A DNA stretch of 64,000 nt from positions 124,001 to 188,000 of the forward strand of contig NMRA01000237.1 of the NCBI GenBank assembly GCA_002633005.1, given 5' to 3'. Position 1 is the stretch's first letter; the number at the start of each line of letters is the position of its first letter. The notes under the pieces are model-generated. The model ran no database searches, was not told where the DNA came from, and was given only the letters and a program-made list of their open reading frames with translations. The DNA is from Phoronis australis. Lineage: Eukaryota; Animalia; Phoronida. Made by a program: the position numbers and the translations under genes. This document shows positions 60,594-64,000 of this stretch, piece by piece.

Positions 60594-63500
60594 CTTACGA
60601 GTATGTTCCTGACAGTGAGGAGGCATCAGAGTCCTTGATGTCTTCAGCTTCGGTTGATGTCAAATCTCCTCCGTGCTTTGCTGTTGCTCAGCAGAGTGAA
60701 GTTATGCAGCAAACTGGGGATGTTATAACGCAGTTGGAACAGCTGCAGCAGAACATCAGAGCAGCTTTCCAGAGCAGCGATGAAGAAAAATCTGATGACT
60801 CCAAAGAAAGTGTAACTTTCCGGAGTGAAGTCAGTGTAGGTCCTAGGCATGAAGAAACTACCATAGATGTACCTGTTGGACAAACTACTGAATTGACTTT
60901 TGACATCAAGGGGAAAGTTCCGGAAGTCAAAGAAAGTCAACTCAAGGCTACAACCCCCGTTGCAGATGAAACATTAACCATAGAAGAGTTTGAGCCTGTT
61001 TCTGAAGTCCCACACTGTGTTGAGCATTTGTCACATGACATGGCAATACCAGAACTAGATGCTGTGGAAAGTCATGCACGGGAACAGCATGAAACCATCA
61101 CATCCCAGTACAGTGAGTCTATGCATATAGACATTATTGACAAGACAGATGCCGCTCCTCAAGAAATACAACTTGACTTTGTAATCCCTTCTGCAGAAAA
61201 ATCGCATGTTATGCCTCAAGTGACAGAAGCCCATGACGAGGAAACTGCTGATGAGGAGGAGTTTTTTGATGCAGAGGAAAGTATGGAAGGTGAAGAGATC
61301 AGCTTTACTCTTGCCAGAGGAACTCCACAGGCGCAGACCTCTCACGTGTCTCCACAAGAAACTGTGCCTTCACAAGAGGTTGTCTCTGATCTTGTCGGGG
61401 ATGGTCTTGGCCAGTTTGAAGTTCAGCCTGTCACTGTTGACATTCAGTTAGATCAAAAGGCAGAGGAACCTGTGGTGGAAAGTCGAGTAAGAGAGCAACA
61501 CATTGATCTTGCCGAATCAACCCATGATGACATCACTTTTGGCGAACAAACTGTTTCGTCAGAAGAAGTCTCTGTTGACTTGGCGTCTCATGAGAAGGAC
61601 ATGCCTGAGAAACAAACAAAGGAGAGTGAGATGACAGTATGTGAAGAAACAGTAACTGAAGAATTGAGCATTGGTGTTGATGTTGCTTCTGACAAGGACA
61701 CAGATGTTCCATTTGGTAGAGCAGCTGTAGACTCCCAACAACCAGCTTTTACTAAAGAGCAATCCCAGGCTGTCATTTCTGACCAGTTTGAAATGGTTCC
61801 TGAAGTGACAAGTGACACATCTTCAGGACAGGAAATATCTGTTCCACTTGCATCTGCTGATGTAGCTCCTGCCAAATTAAGCCTTGTGAAGGAGCAATTA
61901 GACACTCCTTCTTCAGAAGATGTCTCTACGGTGCCTGATGTTCAAGAAGAAATGCCTTCTGGTCAAGAGATATCAGTGCAGTTTGGAAGACCTGAAGAGG
62001 ACCTGCCCAAAGAGAGTCTTACCAGTGAAAACGAACTTGATGTCACAGAAGAAAATTTAGATCATTTTCCTGAGGTTCTTGAAGACATACCTTCAGAAGA
62101 CCGTGTTGATGTTAAGTTTGATGGAGTTGATATTTTTCCTCAACAATCAAGTCTCGTCCATGAACAAGCTGCTCATGTCACATCAGAGGATTCTGATCAT
62201 GTTCCTGACGTTAAGGAGGATGTCTTGGCAGAAAAGCAGGTTTCTGTGGAATTGCACACATCTACATCCCACACTGCTGAACCTTCTCATACAAAAGCAA
62301 TAGAAGAGAGTCAAGTGCTTGTTGAAAGTGAGATGTTTGGTGCTGTTTGTGAGGATAAAGTGATTGAACATGAAATGATGGATGAAACAACGCAAGCTGA
62401 AAGGGTTTTACCTAGGGAGTCGCTTGTGGAGGAAGCAGGTGAACATTTTCCTGCTGAGGACACCGAGGACGTTCTTGAAACACCTCAAGATATCACTACT
62501 GAAGAAGAAATTTCTGTTCATCTAACTAGTGCTGACAAAGAACCTGAACAACCTGCTTTTGTTAAAGAAGGTGAAGAAACTGTTACCAGCGACCAGGCAG
62601 GTGCACTTGCTGAGCTGAATACTGATGTCACATCTGACAAAGAAATACCTTATGAATTTGAGTTTGTCCAGACAACAACTCCTGAAGCAGCGTTTAGTGA
62701 AGAACAAAGTGAAATTTTACCATCTGATGATACTGTTGACATTGACCATCCTTGTCTTGATACGACGTCTGAACAAGAAGTTTCCATTCAGTACTCTTCC
62801 GCTGAACAGTCTCGTTTGGAGGCATTTGCTAAAGAACAGCGCGAAGTTATTGTAGCAGATAATGTTGTGCCTGTTGATTCCCACGTTACGGATACATCTG
62901 CTGAACAACACATTAGTGTTGATCTTGCATCTGCTCAAAGAAGTGAATTAGAAGCAACTTTTACTAGAGAGCAGGAAGTACGAACTACTGTTGATGACGT
63001 AACACATGTTGAAGGACCAACTGAGGATGTTACCACCGAGCACCAAGTATCTATAGAATTGTCTTCTGCTGAAAAATCAGCTGCTTCGGAGTCATTTACA
63101 AAAGAACATGAAGAAGTAATCTCTACAGAAGATATAGCTTTGATTTCAGATTCGAGGATCGATGCTTCTTCAGGACAGGAAGTTTCTGTGGAATTAACTT
63201 CTGCTGAGAGAATAGCTCTTGAAGAGTCATTTACAAAAGAGCAACAAGAGGTTGTACCAACTGATGACATTGTTCCAGTTGCTGAAGCTAGCTTTGACAG
63301 CACTTCTCAACAGGAGGTCACTACAGACTTATCATCTGCTGAGAAACCGCATTTTGAAAAGTCAAACACGAAGGAGCAACAGGTAGTTATAGCAACTGAT
63401 GATATTGTTCCAGTTGCTGAACACAGTGCTGATGTCACTGTAGGACAGGAGGTTTCCGTGGACCTTACTTCAGCTGATAAAGTACCTCTTTTGGAATCTT

Positions 63501-64000
63501 TTACAAAAGAACAGCAGCAAGTTATACCAACTGATGATCTTGCTGCAGTTGCTGAGCACATTGCTGATATAACCTCTGAACAGGAGATTTCCGTGGAACT
63601 TACATCAGCTGATAAAGCTCCTCTTGTGGAATCCTTTACAAAAGAACAGCAGCAAGTTATACAAACTGATGACCTTGCTCCAGTTGCTGAACATGGTACT
63701 GATATCAGCTCTGAACAGGAGATTTCCGTGGAACTTGCTTCTGCAGATAGGACACCTCTTTTGGAATCCTTTACAAAAGAACAACATCAAGTTATACCAA
63801 CTGATGATCTTGCTCCAGTTGCTGAACATGGTACTGATATAACCTCTGAACAGGAGATTTCCGTGGAGCTTGCTTCTGCAGATAAGACACCTCTTGTGGA
63901 ATCCTTTACAAAAGAACAGCAGCAAGTTATACCAACTGATGATCTTGCTCCAGTTGCTGAACACAGTACTGATATAACCTCTGAACAGGAGATTTCCGTG
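60594..64000 (+). CDS. TTN: Giant acidic (E/D/V/S/T-rich) exon, open past the window end
   Basis: tgcag|CT TAC GAG...; codon frame (pos mod 3 = 2) is consistent from 60596 to GTG at 64000; absent from the ORF track, consistent with no stop in the window. Confidence 0.88.
61826..64000 (+). repeat. Coding 135-bp (45-aa) tandem repeat, about 16 copies in the window
   Basis: [EG]QE[IV]SV anchor at 61826, 61961, 62096, 62231, 62501, 62636, 62771, 62903, 63038, 63173, 63308, 63443, 63578, 63713, 63848 and 63983. Confidence 0.9.

Larger units (their letters stand above)
1..64000 (+). other. TTN: Titin/sallimus(kettin)-family giant muscle protein gene, internal portion (open at both window edges)
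   Basis: About 55 GT-AG exons join in frame. About 30 I-set Ig domains (PPxF...G.P.P.V.W.....L.I......D.G.Y.C.A.N..G) with Pro/Glu-rich linkers, a kettin-type Ig and Z-disc titin-like motifs. Orthology is from recalled sequences, not a search. Confidence 0.9.

Noticed and set aside
60644-63964. Many minus-strand and off-frame ORFs over the giant exon
   Set aside because: They are shadows of the repetitive + strand frame and are explained by its codon bias

Overview
Eukaryotic (animal, AT-rich introns, probably an invertebrate bilaterian; the species cannot be determined) genomic DNA. The whole window lies inside one + strand multi-exon gene for a titin/sallimus(kettin)-family giant muscle protein; neither the gene's outer start nor its outer stop is in the window. 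I traced about 55 GT-AG exons in continuous reading phase. They encode about 30 I-set Ig domains, Pro-rich linkers, a block of nine symmetric phase-2 cassette exons, a tandem array of single-Ig exons, and a giant acidic exon (>3.4 kb, open at the window end) built from 135-bp/45-aa repeats. From recalled sequences, Ig domains 5-13 look colinear with vertebrate titin Z1-Z9. The most interesting signals concern isoform architecture. A candidate internal first exon with a GC donor (14.5-15.0 kb) and a stop-codon exon with a perfect branch point (46.0 kb) would together define a nested ~1,800-2,200 aa mini-titin. Two minisatellites multiply 5' splice sites, an intronic palindrome carries a Penelope-type hammerhead-like core, and a repeat carries an array of CTCF-consensus motifs. 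Introns also hold MITEs, a TIR element and simple repeats. No prokaryotic features, rRNA, tRNA or CRISPR arrays were seen. All family assignments come from reading the sequence and from memory, not from database searches.
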